Position numbers and translations under genes: made by a program. DNA of 64,000 nt from a virus: positions 1 to 64,000 of the IMG/VR virus record IMGVR_UViG_3300002301_000012. One strand, given 5' to 3'. Positions within the stretch are counted from its first letter, which is position 1. Every line of letters begins with the position of its first letter. The notes beneath the pieces were generated by a model, which was not told the DNA's origin, did not search any database, and worked only from the letters and a program-made list of their open reading frames with translations. Of this stretch, positions 9,462-20,437 are shown piece by piece.

Positions 9462-10280
9462 GACACTACCCAGCAGTCCGATACCCAGCACAGCTAGGGT
9501 TATAAACCACTGGGAATCGTAGAACCTTTCCTTGTCGTCTGGATGCAAGACCTGACCGCATTCCTTACATCGGGGTCGGTTGTCTTTCAGTGACTGCGTA
9601 AGGATCGGAATGTCATCATCTTCACATTTTTGCCACATCGTTTATCCTTTTTCAATCCGGGGGCCTTTCGACTCCCCGGACCTTGTTGCTTTCTGGCGGT
9701 CCCGTTCCTGCTTTCGCTTGCCGGGATCGGATACGTTGGACTCTCATTCGTCCGTTTTGACTGGCTTTCCCCTATCGTCCACCGGTACGGCCGCCATGGA
9801 TCTTCGGAGCGAGATGAAATACAGCGCCGTTTTTGACGGCTCCGGGTTTCTGCGTCTGGCTTTTAGGGTTATCCACTCCCCACCGATTAACGTGTCCACG
9901 TGTCCACGTGTCCACGTTTGTGCCGGTTTCTAGCCTGCCGTTCGCGTTTTCCTGCTCGATTCGCCATAACTTTTAGCGGGTTAAATCTTTTGGGTACTAA
10001 CTCAATCGCGTGTGCATCATCCACGCCGCCGCCAGAAACCCTAAACTACCTCACCGGAGGTGCAAGACACCCCAGCAGTTGCCCGTCCCACGTGTACTGG
10101 CACGGATCTGGTGCCGGAGGTGCTTTCTTCTCGGCCAGAGCCAAGCCCATCGTTGCTACTGCCAGAGCCGCGATTGCAATCATCTTTTTCATTCGTTTCG
10201 ATCTCCCTTATTCACTCACCGGCTTTGTCAGGCTCGGCACTTCGTTTCCCGTCCGGTATCGGCACGGGTAATACAAACTC

Positions 10281-12968
10281 CTAGTGGCTGGCCACGTATG
10301 CCGCAGTCGCCGGATCTCCGATAGCCGGGATGTAATCGACCTGACCGGAGATTACAAAGTTATTGGCCAGATATCCCGGCGTCCGAAACGTAGCGGACTG
10401 CACGTCGCCAACGTTCTCCGCTTCTGAGTACACCGACTGCCAGCACTCGCTGTTCGCCGCGACTCCGTTAACCGTTGTCGTGACGCCAGCCGTTGTTTTC
10501 CAGACGCAGGAATCGCTTGCGGTAGGCGGCAGATCGGATGGCGAAAATCGCGGCCATAATGCCAGAGCCGCCGTCGCCAGTACTGCCATCATGATCCCTG
10601 CTGTTAAAAAACGTTTCATTCGTTTACTGTCTCCTTAATTTCAGCCGGCGACAGCGGGCCGGGTACTGCGGGTGCCGTCTCACTGAGCACGGCAGGAAGA
10701 ACCAAATTGTTCCGAGAGCCTTGTTAGTGGCCATAGCATTTCTCGCGAGTTTTGCATTTACACCGCTCTGTTGGAGTGGAATACCATCCACTCTTATTGC
10801 ACCACCAGACGTGATCGCAGGGATCTTCTCCCCGAACCCAATCGCGACACACCGAGCAGTGAACCGGGTCGTCGTCACAGGCGTAATACTCCATCCAGTC
10901 AATCAGATCGCCAGAAAAAGGCCGATGATATGGATCAACCGTGAATAGCTTGGGAAGTTTGGCCAGCCTTCGAGTGCGGTTTCGCTTACGAATAGCCTGA
11001 GTGCGTTTGCTGGTCCATGGTGGCTTATCGCGAAAATCTACAACTTGCGTGGGAGTTTCTTTTACCTGGACATCTCCGCTGATGAAATAGATGCCACTAA
11101 CCTCTATTACGCGGTCGCCTCCCCCGCTCGATTCGCGCCATATGTACCCGTCATATCGCCTAGACCATTCGACATCGTAGCCAGTGCGGGACAAATATTC
11201 CGTCCCGTCGTGCCCTTTGACCATCTCCAACTTCACGATAGAAAAGAGGCTCAACCGCTTGCCTGCGGACTTGTGAAATTCTGCGACGACGCCGCGAATC
11301 ATGCCGTCACCTGAGATATGGGTTTCATTGGCATTTATTCACCGCAAATTCTTCCACAACTTCTTTGCAAATCCGATCTCGTTGTGAACGGTGCCCGATA
11401 GAGTTGTTGAGCAAACTTCTGGGGAAAAATCTCCCAGATTGCAAGAGAACCAAATCATAATCGTAAAAGCGCACACGTTGGTCGCCAGTATCAGTGCAAA
11501 GATCAGTGTGCGTTTTAGGTGTTTCATTCCGCCACCTTGACGACTTCCGCCGTGGCGGCCCACTTGCGCCATTGGCCGATGTAAGGGAGTAGCATCCAAG
11601 TGTGCTTGTTTGATCGAGAACATCGACACCAAGCGAATTTGGTATTTCGGTATGTGACCTCACGCAGAATCCCGTTCTTCTTCAGCACGTCTCCAGGCTT
11701 CGGGTCAATCCTCGGATCGCGGGTCATTGGCCGTCCACCTTGGCGAGAACGTCGAATAGTTTTTTCTTGTATGTGCTATCTGGCTCCAAATCGAGCGAGG
11801 CATACTCGTGCGCCATCTTCACCACTTTGTATAACTCCGACGCAGTGGCGCTCAGTCGCGCGTCGGCGTCTCTTTCTTCCGGCTCACCCTCCCTTTCGAC
11901 TTTCATCGTGACCGTGACCGGTCGTTCGATCAGGTCCGCAATACGCTTCAGATCAAGATGGATCTCATGCAGCGTAGCGCACACCCAGAATGCAGGGCCT
12001 ATAACAATCAAGACCATAAAGAATATAGCCACGCTGATCATTTCGCCGCCTTCCTGATGTCAATCATCAGTTGCTCCGCTTCGGCCTCGGTTGCAAACCT
12101 GCCAGCGGTACGCATCAGTTTTGTCCACTGTGGCTTCCCGTCTATGTAAAAGGCAAAATAGGTCACGTGATATTTGCCTCTGGCGATCAGAAAACGGCCT
12201 TCATGTTTTACGATCCTCATCGCGCCGCCTTTCCTTCGGGCTGTTCCAGCGCGTTGAAGTCTCGCAATCGCCTCCGTGCGTAATCAAGAGCGGACTCCGC
12301 ACGGATAATGTTAGCTTCAAGTGAACCCCTTACGAATGCCACGGCCTCTTCCCTCGTCTTGTGATAGTATGTCCAGTCGCTTACAATAGCAGAACGCTCT
12401 TCGCCATTTTTGTGTCGATAGGACGTGGACGGAAGAAAAACGCACGCGTTGCTAAAGCGAATAACCTCCACTTCCTCTATCTCAAATGGGTGTTTATATC
12501 TGGTCTTGTAAGCCTTCATCGCGTAGCCTTTTCTTCCATCGCAGCGACAATCAATTCATGCGTGACTGTTGCGCCAGCGATTTTGCTGATGGCTTCCCAG
12601 TCAGAGGCACTCCATTGTTCCGAATCATTGGCAGTGATCTTTAACTTGGTCATCGCTCGAACGATCCTTTCTACCGCGAAGTGTTGTTTCATTTAAGCCG
12701 TTACCAGTATGCCGTCAGTACTCAACGCAGTTCAATAGTACTTTAGTACCTATTTTATGTCTGACGCTGGAAGAATCCGTTCTTTCGAACAGGCTGCGCA
12801 CCGTGCTCTGACACGTTCAACGCCATTTTTCGGTTTCCAGTCGCCTATGCGGTGCCAACGCTCATGCTGGCATGTGTCCTTGTCCACCAAGACGGGTGCC
12901 TTTCGCGCAGGGAGGCTGCGTGCGCGTTCGGTGCGGCTGCCGTAGGCTGTCAGGTGCAGAGCCGCCAT
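10281..12968 (-). CDS. Run of short leftward hypothetical genes (e.g. 10281-10619, 10724-11302, 11524-11727, 11724-12041, 12038-12220, 12217-12519)
   Basis: Translationally coupled ORFs typical of phage accessory arms; 10281-10619 has a signal peptide. Confidence 0.5.
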
Positions 12969-13108
12969 GGAAGCCTCCTGACGGGCTGGATCTGCCGGTG
13001 GAGGCGCTAAACGAGAAAGGTTAACGTTGCGTGGATTGTAGACTATAACAGGACCAGACCCGAAGTACCGGCTGTCTTCGTTAAGGTCGGCAAATCGTTG
13101 GTAGCTGC

Positions 13109-13783
13109 TCACTTTGTGACTCCGCTGTCTGTTCGTGCGTGGCGGTTGGCATCGGTCCATGTATCCACCGCGCCGTCTTTATGTTCAGCTACCCACTTTC
13201 GCATGTATTCGCACAACTGCGCGTGCCAGAGGCGCTGGTCCTGCCCGGTCGGCTTCCAGTGCCCACTATCTGCTTTCTGTGCCATCCGCAAGTACTCGTT
13301 GATCTCGCCAGTCGCAGTTACCATCGGAAGGTACAACCAACGGGGCGTCAGCGCGAAGGAGAGTTTGTCTGCCATGCAAAGAACCGATGGATTCGTATTG
13401 TAAGATTTTGCCAAATACCGCGAATGGTAAAAACTGAAGCAGTACCATGATGTTCCACCGGGAGCACCATGGCCACATATCGCATCGAACACAAACGATA
13501 TTGCGCGTGCGATGTATCGCCACCTTGACAGGTATCTGATGGCGGGTTCTGAACCGGCATCGAACATTGACATCACCTTGGCTCCCGCTCGTGGATGCTG
13601 TTCGCCTTCCGGCCCGTCCATGTTTGGCTTTCCGATGTAGCCGAGATCGTGGACGAAGAACGCTACCCAGAGGCGCGGATCGAACGGGAACCCGTACAGT
13701 TTCCACCATGCCAATGCGACGAACCATGGGTGCAGGAAAAAGCAGTGCGCACCGAATAGAACCGACTTTGTACCAATCTTCAT
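13109..13783 (-). CDS. HD-domain-like phosphohydrolase
   Basis: H...VHDLGY...HP...YHSRY...MADKL arrangement of metal ligands. Confidence 0.55.
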   Translation of the reverse strand: MKIGTKSVLFGAHCFFLHPWFVALAWWKLYGFPFDPRLWVAFFVHDLGYIGKPNMDGPEGEQHPRAGAKVMSMFDAGSEPAIRYLSRWRYIARAISFVFDAICGHGAPGGTSWYCFSFYHSRYLAKSYNTNPSVLCMADKLSFALTPRWLYLPMVTATGEINEYLRMAQKADSGHWKPTGQDQRLWHAQLCEYMRKWVAEHKDGAVDTWTDANRHARTDSGVTK

Positions 13784-14559
13784 GCTGATCGTCTCTCTTT
13801 CGTCTTGTTATTTTTCAGAATCGCGACAAACCATGCGTAGCTCTTGCGTGGCCGGATAGCTGTGTCTTCGTGTACGGCACGAAGACGCTGCGCTAATAGC
13901 TCCAAACACCCATCAACCGCATCCAACGCCTGCTGGCAAATCCGTTCATCGGGTGGTGCTGCCAGAATGCTCTTATCGATACAGCCAGCGCCTGGATTTT
14001 CCTTCCAGCACTCGACATACGACCAGATGTGGTTCCGAACGAATTCCAGCGAACCAGCGATAGCCGAAACGGTCATCGGATCGTACACATGGCCACACCG
14101 CCAGCAGCGAACGGTTTCTTCGCCTCGGTTCGGATTTCCACAACGGCAGGCGGTGTATCGTTCGTTCGTCTTTCTCGTCTTTAACACCTTATCTCTTATA
14201 CAGGCCTCCTGCGAGGACATCGGCGTCCTGTATATGAGGACACCCGTGTCCTCATTCAAAACCTGCGAGGACATCGGCGTCCTCTTTTCGAGACCTGTGG
14301 AAAACCATGGAAGTTGGTAACGGTTGGCCCTGTTGGTCTTGTCCGTGACCAAATACTTAGCGTTGATGAGTTCGAAAATGAATCGGCGGATATGGCGAGG
14401 AGAAAAGCCAAGACGGGCGGCGAGTTGTTCCTGTGTCTGATAACACTCTCCGCGCTCGGCAGAAAGGATATGCAGCGCAGTATAAAGCGAACGTGCGCCA
14501 CCAGAAAGACTTCGATCAAAAATAACGTTATCGAGACACTGAAATCTCGCAGGTTTCAT
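13780..14559 (-). CDS. Replication initiator with N-terminal winged HTH
   Basis: LSGGARSLY...CYQTQEQLAARLGFSPRHIRRFIFEL...NRY is an HTH_36-type initiator pattern; iterons sit in the middle of the gene. Confidence 0.75.
   Translation of the reverse strand: MKPARFQCLDNVIFDRSLSGGARSLYTALHILSAERGECYQTQEQLAARLGFSPRHIRRFIFELINAKYLVTDKTNRANRYQLPWFSTGLEKRTPMSSQVLNEDTGVLIYRTPMSSQEACIRDKVLKTRKTNERYTACRCGNPNRGEETVRCWRCGHVYDPMTVSAIAGSLEFVRNHIWSYVECWKENPGAGCIDKSILAAPPDERICQQALDAVDGCLELLAQRLRAVHEDTAIRPRKSYAWFVAILKNNKTKERRSA
14208..14283. repeat. Iterons, probable replication origin inside the initiator gene
   Basis: CCTGCGAGGACATCGGCGTCCT at 14208-14229 and 14262-14283 flank the palindrome ATGAGGACAC-CC-GTGTCCTCAT (14234-14255). 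Confidence 0.75.
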
Positions 14560-14697
14560 CCAATCCCCAGATCCCCATCAAGATCGGAGTCATGGCCCCG
14601 GCACCTACGGGGATTAGGTAGGCACCGGGTTTTAAGCCACTTCCGTGTCTGGGTCTGGCCGGACTTGCAGACAAAAACATGTTACCGTACTTTCAAG

Positions 14698-15258
14698 TTA
14701 GAACTCAACCGAAGCCGCAGCCATGTAACGACGGCCATATTCTGCCAACCAAAGAGCATCGGCGCGGCCCCCGTCTTTCTTGCGCCGCAGCGGTTCTGCT
14801 GTTTGCTTTGGCCAGAACCGCTGGGCAGCCACGCGCGAGGCGTCTTTTTCCTTCGGTTCGCCGGCCAGTAGCTTCGCCTTCCAGGATTGCGGTGAAACCA
14901 ACTGGTAGGAGATCTGAAGCGCAGCACACGTAAACACCCACGCACCGAACGAATAACCCAGCGAGAACGAAGCGATAGAGCCATGGCCGACCAATGTACC
15001 GTCTGGCTCGCCCGTGGCCGTCCTGCGGCCCATAGGCGGCAAGGGCTGCAACTTCTCGATGACTACCAGTAGTGCCTTGCCTTCGCGTTCACAGTCATCG
15101 CGGATATCGCGCATCAGGTGCGTTATGATAGCCGGATCGATGCGCGTCCGCTTGCCATCCTGAAATGTTGGCATGTCGTGAAACTCCAAGTCGGAGCCAT
15201 CGATCAACGCGATGGCTCCCGTAAGGCCTGGATCGACACCACAGAACACGGTCGGCAT
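14698..15258 (-). CDS. RuvC-like Holliday junction resolvase
   Basis: GVDPGLTGAIA, VVIEK, VSPQSWK and RADALWLAEY motifs. Confidence 0.85.
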   Translation of the reverse strand: MPTVFCGVDPGLTGAIALIDGSDLEFHDMPTFQDGKRTRIDPAIITHLMRDIRDDCEREGKALLVVIEKLQPLPPMGRRTATGEPDGTLVGHGSIASFSLGYSFGAWVFTCAALQISYQLVSPQSWKAKLLAGEPKEKDASRVAAQRFWPKQTAEPLRRKKDGGRADALWLAEYGRRYMAAASVEF

Positions 15259-15260
15259 GA

Positions 15261-15983
15261 CTACTGGATAACCTCGTCGACGCCGTCGCCAGATGGCTCT
15301 TGCTCTTGCCGCTGCTTGATCATGGACTTCTTGCGCTGTGATTCCTCTTTGCGTGCCTTCACCTTCTCAGCGTGCGTCGGTGCCGGCCCTTCACCGACAG
15401 GCATTTCAAGTACGGCTTGGCGCTGTTCCTCTGTGGCGTGAACTTCGCCGAATACCTGGCCGTTGATGACGTCGACGCGCGTGCCTGGAAGTTCGTCCTG
15501 CACAGGCTGCGGAGTGTAGCGGACCATCATCTCTGCACGCTTCAGGCCGACACGCATCAGGTATTGCTCCAGTTTGGCGCAACCGCACTCGTCGTCAAAG
15601 TGAACCTTGCAAAGCACTTCCGTGATGGTCTTGTCGGCCTTCACCGAGTTTTTGCCAGCCTTTTTCTTCTTTCGAACGACAGTGAAATCGTTGATGCTGG
15701 TTGTTTCCACTGTGGTGGCCGCGCCGTGAAGTTCTTCGTTGTTCGGCTTCAGTTCAATCAGTGTCGAACGAATCTCGTCCACATCGGGACACCATTCGGC
15801 GGTGCCTTCCGGCATCTCTGGCCAACCGAGAGCTTCCGTTACTTTCGGCGTCAGTTGGAATTTAACCTTCGCGAATCCTCCTTTCTTGTTCCGCTCGCAC
15901 TTGATCAGCAACGCATTCACTGCGATGAAGGTCCGAGTCGTCTGTTCTTCGATGTAGTTCTTCGTTTCCTGCGCGTCGATCAT
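15261..15983 (-). CDS. Hypothetical protein
   Basis: 240-aa ORF with an RBS, within the leftward operon. Confidence 0.55.
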   Translation of the reverse strand: MIDAQETKNYIEEQTTRTFIAVNALLIKCERNKKGGFAKVKFQLTPKVTEALGWPEMPEGTAEWCPDVDEIRSTLIELKPNNEELHGAATTVETTSINDFTVVRKKKKAGKNSVKADKTITEVLCKVHFDDECGCAKLEQYLMRVGLKRAEMMVRYTPQPVQDELPGTRVDVINGQVFGEVHATEEQRQAVLEMPVGEGPAPTHAEKVKARKEESQRKKSMIKQRQEQEPSGDGVDEVIQ

Positions 15984-15992
15984 GGTTTTGTT

Positions 15993-16443
15993 TTACTCCT
16001 GTAAGTCGTGCCATGTTGTCTGTGGAGCCTTGTCGTCCACTGTATCTTCAAAGTCAGCATCCAGCAGCCGCAACGCTCGCAAAGCACTGGCTTCGTCCAG
16101 CGCGGCAACGTTGATTCTGCCTTTCCATCCCATCAGTGCGGAAAGCTCCTTGTAAACTGCCACCTTGGATCGCTTCCCGAATCCGTAGCGTGGTCTCAGA
16201 ATAGCGTGAATCTTTGAACGGAGTCCACGCAATCTGGCATTTGCCATAGTGCCGGTGGGCTTGCACAGCGGGTCATCAGGCCATACGCTGATGTAGTAAT
16301 CGCAATCCGGAAAGTCAGGACATATCCATAAATTTGCGGGGAATGCAACCTTCTCGCCATAAACGATGGTGTTCGGCGCAAGCACAGCATCCTTGCCACA
16401 GCCTGGACATGTCGGACCAGTGATCACGGTCGGTGACCCCATC
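15993..16443 (-). CDS. Zinc-finger protein (DUF3268-like)
   Basis: CPGCG...WICPDFPDCDYYI...GTMANARLRGLRSKIH; start position uncertain. Confidence 0.6.
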
Positions 16444-17329
16444 CGGCGAAGATCAGCATAACCACCAAAGCACCAGCAATAATAGTCGCCAGCTTCCACA
16501 TGTTGACCTTGCGCTTAGTTTCGAAGTGGTCGAGGCGCTCGACTTCCAACTGCCTGTGAGTCTCAGCAAGATGGTATCGAAGCGTCGATCCTTCAGTGTG
16601 CCAGTTCTCCCATGTCGATGGCGAATCGGGAACGATACGGGCTCGCTTAAGAAATTGCTCGTCGGTTTCGCTTCTGTTAGTCATGTTTTCTTCTCAGATC
16701 CGCATGCTGCCGGAAGTACTCAGACCAAACCTGCCGGCGCTGATCGCGGGTAAAGTCTAACACCGGCTCCAAAGTCTTCAGCAACCTCGTCAACGCTACT
16801 CGGCGTCCAATGGCCTTGACATGCCGGTCGCCTTTTGCGAGATTAGCGCTGGCCGCAATCATCGTTGGGATTGACGTCTCGCAATAGACTATCGTGGTCC
16901 CCAATTTGTGCTCAAACCTGAACCGCAGTTCGACTCCGTTGATAGTGACTTTCACGAATTATTCTTCTCCTTTGTAATCCACAAAAATTTCACATTAAAA
17001 TTTTCAATGAAAAGCGGCCCGACGCTCATGCAACTATCGAACCGCTTTCCTCCCTGGTTTTAGTTATCGGTCTATACGCTGTCCTCCTTTCAAAACTTAA
17101 TCCAACGTCCAACGGTTCCTATATTGTTGAGGCGCAGGACAGGCATCCATGACGTCCGGGACCAATGCGAGCAGATCAGCCAACACCGCCACTGGAATCG
17201 CACCTGTGACGACCGTTATAAATCGGTCGCTGTTTCTCCATTGCGCATACCCGCACAAACAGTACTGGCGAACCAGACAATAATGCGTAATCCAAAGCGC
17301 TATCCACAATAAGGCGATTAAAGTTTTTT

Positions 17330-18109
17330 TCATAAAACGCGCACTGGATGTGTTTGAGACGCCACCAGTACCTCAGCCTTGCTTCCAGACCATTCCAATG
17401 CTGCCAGCGCGGCGCTGGTGGCCAACGCTGGCCTATTAGCGCTGCGGCTCAGGTGAGCCAACACCACGCGCTTAAGACTGCCGTTCATACCAGCAAGAAA
17501 TTCGGCACAGTCTGTATTTGACAGGTGACCGGCGCGGCCGGATACGCGAGCCTTGACTGCCGGCGGATGGTCGCAAGCGTCGAGCAGGTCTGGATCATAG
17601 TTCGACTCGATCACCACCGTGTCGCAATCGACAAACTTCTTCGACATAGCAGGCGGCACGAATCCAAGGTCAATTGCAAAACCAATCTTGTGGCCATCAG
17701 CAGTGAACTTGAAGGCTACTGAACCTTCGGCGCAGTCGTGCATACAGGTGAACGGATCGATCTTGATATCGCCAATGGAAAACGGTAAACCCGGTTCGAA
17801 GAAAGCGAACGGTGGACACTCGGTCTTCAGGCTCGCAGCTATCGAATCGCGCACCGCGATGCTGGACACGTACACAGGAATCACACGGCCATACTTCAGT
17901 CCGTGCTTAATAACGCCGTCGATGCCATCCACATGATCGCAATGTTCATGTGTGCAGATCAGCGCGTCTATGGTTTCCGGCCTTACTGGAGCCATTCGCT
18001 TGGCCAGTTCGCGGACTGGCAGACCGCAATCGATAAGAAGATTGCAATGTGCAGTTGACAGAAGCGCGGCGTTGCCTTCGGAGCCGGATGCAAGTATCGT
18101 AAACGTCAT
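17330..18109 (-). CDS. Metallo-beta-lactamase-fold hydrolase (YycJ/WalJ-like nuclease)
   Basis: LASGSEGNA, IDCG, THEHCDH, HD, IESNYD, GHLSN and LAHLS motifs. Confidence 0.88.
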   Translation of the reverse strand: MTFTILASGSEGNAALLSTAHCNLLIDCGLPVRELAKRMAPVRPETIDALICTHEHCDHVDGIDGVIKHGLKYGRVIPVYVSSIAVRDSIAASLKTECPPFAFFEPGLPFSIGDIKIDPFTCMHDCAEGSVAFKFTADGHKIGFAIDLGFVPPAMSKKFVDCDTVVIESNYDPDLLDACDHPPAVKARVSGRAGHLSNTDCAEFLAGMNGSLKRVVLAHLSRSANRPALATSAALAALEWSGSKAEVLVASQTHPVRVL

Positions 18110-18328
18110 GTTACATCGGCACCCATGTCTACCCGTTTGGTGATCAGCATTCCGCTCTCCTATACCCATTCTTCCAGTCCCGTATCCGATCCAGACGCAG
18201 CGCGGTAACCCGCTCAGTTGCTACGTTGCGGACCTCAGCATAGTGTGGGTAAACCTGGAGGACGAGCAGTTCACGGCCATCCTGATTGCAGATGAGTCGG
18301 TCGCCGGGGTTAACGCGCAGAATGGTTG

Positions 18329-18904
18329 TCACTTTGGATTGCATGTATCCTCCAGCAGCGGCCCCGTAATCGTCAACCCGAGCATATTCACCTTACCGTC
18401 GATAGTTTCCCACGGGACGATTTCGGAATGCGTTCCGAGTCCTTCCTTTACATGACCTAATGCGGCGCAGAACACATGATAGTAACCGCAATCGTCTGTC
18501 TTAACGATAGTGGCCGTGTGGCCTTTGAACGTGATCTTGTTACCTGGCAGATGAAATGGATAGCACCGGTATGCAGCCACCCATTTGCGCTCCATTTCGC
18601 GCTGAGCACTACACAGATCGAAATCGCCGAGAATATCAACCAGCGTGGCATCACAAGACCACAGATGACGCCGTTTGAGGTTGCGTGTAAACTCGTAACC
18701 GTCGTCCGCATGTGCGGAAATCAGGTCGGCGCGAACTTCAGATTCCTTGCTGCCGTTGTCATCGAGCCACTGCATGACCGCAGGAAGAATCTTGTTAACA
18801 GCCACAGATACGACATCCTCGTCATAGCGAGCGGGACGGCGAAGTAATTTAGCAGTAAAGGAAGCGGTGGTTCCTGCCGATAAGGTATTTATGAGACCTT
18901 CCAT
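18329..18904 (-). CDS. Hypothetical protein
   Basis: 191-aa ORF between the ATPase and MBL genes. Confidence 0.5.
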   Translation of the reverse strand: MEGLINTLSAGTTASFTAKLLRRPARYDEDVVSVAVNKILPAVMQWLDDNGSKESEVRADLISAHADDGYEFTRNLKRRHLWSCDATLVDILGDFDLCSAQREMERKWVAAYRCYPFHLPGNKITFKGHTATIVKTDDCGYYHVFCAALGHVKEGLGTHSEIVPWETIDGKVNMLGLTITGPLLEDTCNPK

Positions 18905-18907
18905 GTA

Positions 18908-20437
18908 TCACGCCACCTTCAGAAAGTCGCTCGGTGTGCTACGCAGCGGACCACCCTTGCTGCACCGCGCCATGATGACGACAAGGCCGGACTTCACGAT
19001 GCCTTTGCGCACCTTGTCCAGATTCTCATCGTCCAGATGCTCCGCTTCGTCACAGATCAGCATGTTGAGTTCGCCGGTTCCGATGGAGCCGATCCGCAAC
19101 GCCCAGATGTACTGCTCTGCGCGATTCCACTTGTCGAACTGTCGGCCGTTGATGTAGATATCGTCGTCGTCACCGACCTGAAGGCCAGCCAACGCTTCCG
19201 GCAGTTGTGCCAGTTTGGATTTCTTCAGCGCTTCGATGTTCTTAACCGCAGCATCGATCTGGTCCCAGGTAGCAGACAGTTCAGCCGCCTGTTTCTGGCA
19301 CTCTTCCATCTGTTCGCGAATACCGCTGGTTCGGATCTGCTCGTCTGCGCCAGCCTGCGCGGTGGCGATGTCGGCAGCCAATGACTGAAGCTGTTCGGCA
19401 TGACTGGCGCGGGATTTCTCGACGGCCTTGCGTGCATCGTCCTCAGCAGTATTGATTTGCCGATGGATTGACGCCAATTCCAACAGAGCCATAACAATCC
19501 TGTTGACACGAGTGGCATCAGTCTTACCGTCAACGATCAAAGGGTTATGTGCCGAACGAACTTCAGCCAACAACGTACTCCACATCGAGTTGGCATTATC
19601 ATCAGCAAGTGATCTGGTATTGTCCAGTCTCCGACGAACATCGCGCAGTTGCGCCTGAATCAGGTCAACTTCTTCTGATTCGTCTCTGCGAATGGCGTCC
19701 TGCTGCTTCGCCAATTGCGCCAGTTCCGCTTTCCAGTTCTTCGGTGCTTCTCCCTGCTCTTTCGCCGCAAGCGACCGACGAAAGGTTTCAGCTGCTGCTA
19801 CGCGGTCATCCCGTCGTGTGGATAGCGGTCCCCGAATGGCCACCAGATCCCGACTCAGCTTGTTGATGCCTGGAAGATCAAGAGAAGCGCGCGGGCGGTC
19901 GGTGGTAACCAACTGGCTTTCTGCGCCGTTCAGTGCTCGTTTGACTTCATCCAGTCCGAAGCTGATGTCCAACACCTTCATCAGATAGTCCAGGCGTTCT
20001 TTGCGCTTGGCTGCGTCTGGCTTCTTTCCGTTTGGACACAGAAACTCCAGCGGGTTCTGGCCGAAGCCAACGCCCATGAGTCCCTTGATCCACGTTTCCA
20101 GTTGCTTTGCTGGTACGCCTGGTCCGTCGCCTTTGACTGTAAGCTTGCCTTTTTCCAGTGGCATGATCTCGCGGGAGACTTCGGCGGCGCTTTCGCCGTC
20201 CCAATACGTCATTTTGACGATGGACTTCTCAGCGCCATCTCGAAGTATCGACGGATCGTGAGCCGCTGCGCTCAATGCAGCGATACCGTGGAGCACGCTC
20301 GACTTGCCAGCCCCGTTCGCGCCATCGATCAGGTAAAGAGCGCCTTCGCCGGCCTTGCGCTTTCCGAAGTTCAGTTGCGCGTTGGCGATGCCTTCGACGT
20401 TTTGAATCTCAAATGAAAGTGCTCGTAGTTCGCTCAC
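18908..20437 (-). CDS. SMC/SbcC-like coiled-coil ATPase
   Basis: Walker A GANGAGKS, long central coiled coil, Walker B/D-loop LICDEAEHLD. Confidence 0.8.
   Translation of the reverse strand: MSELRALSFEIQNVEGIANAQLNFGKRKAGEGALYLIDGANGAGKSSVLHGIAALSAAAHDPSILRDGAEKSIVKMTYWDGESAAEVSREIMPLEKGKLTVKGDGPGVPAKQLETWIKGLMGVGFGQNPLEFLCPNGKKPDAAKRKERLDYLMKVLDISFGLDEVKRALNGAESQLVTTDRPRASLDLPGINKLSRDLVAIRGPLSTRRDDRVAAAETFRRSLAAKEQGEAPKNWKAELAQLAKQQDAIRRDESEEVDLIQAQLRDVRRRLDNTRSLADDNANSMWSTLLAEVRSAHNPLIVDGKTDATRVNRIVMALLELASIHRQINTAEDDARKAVEKSRASHAEQLQSLAADIATAQAGADEQIRTSGIREQMEECQKQAAELSATWDQIDAAVKNIEALKKSKLAQLPEALAGLQVGDDDDIYINGRQFDKWNRAEQYIWALRIGSIGTGELNMLICDEAEHLDDENLDKVRKGIVKSGLVVIMARCSKGGPLRSTPSDFLKVA

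Larger units (their letters stand above)
6380..9470. mobile_element. IS1-family transposon with passenger genes (3091 bp)
   Basis: Perfect 17-bp terminal inverted repeats GGTAGTGTCCTAATTTG (6380-6396 and 9454-9470); 8-bp target duplication CAGCAGTC (6372-6379 and 9471-9478); DDE transposase inside. Confidence 0.93.
6249..9638 (-). pseudogene. Small single-pass membrane protein gene (~96 aa) interrupted by the transposon
   Basis: Removing 6380-9470 and one copy of the target duplication joins ...ITLAVLGIGLL to IAFTVITIGNWTMQ...MMHRIW* (stop at 6249-6251) in frame, restoring one transmembrane helix. Confidence 0.8.
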
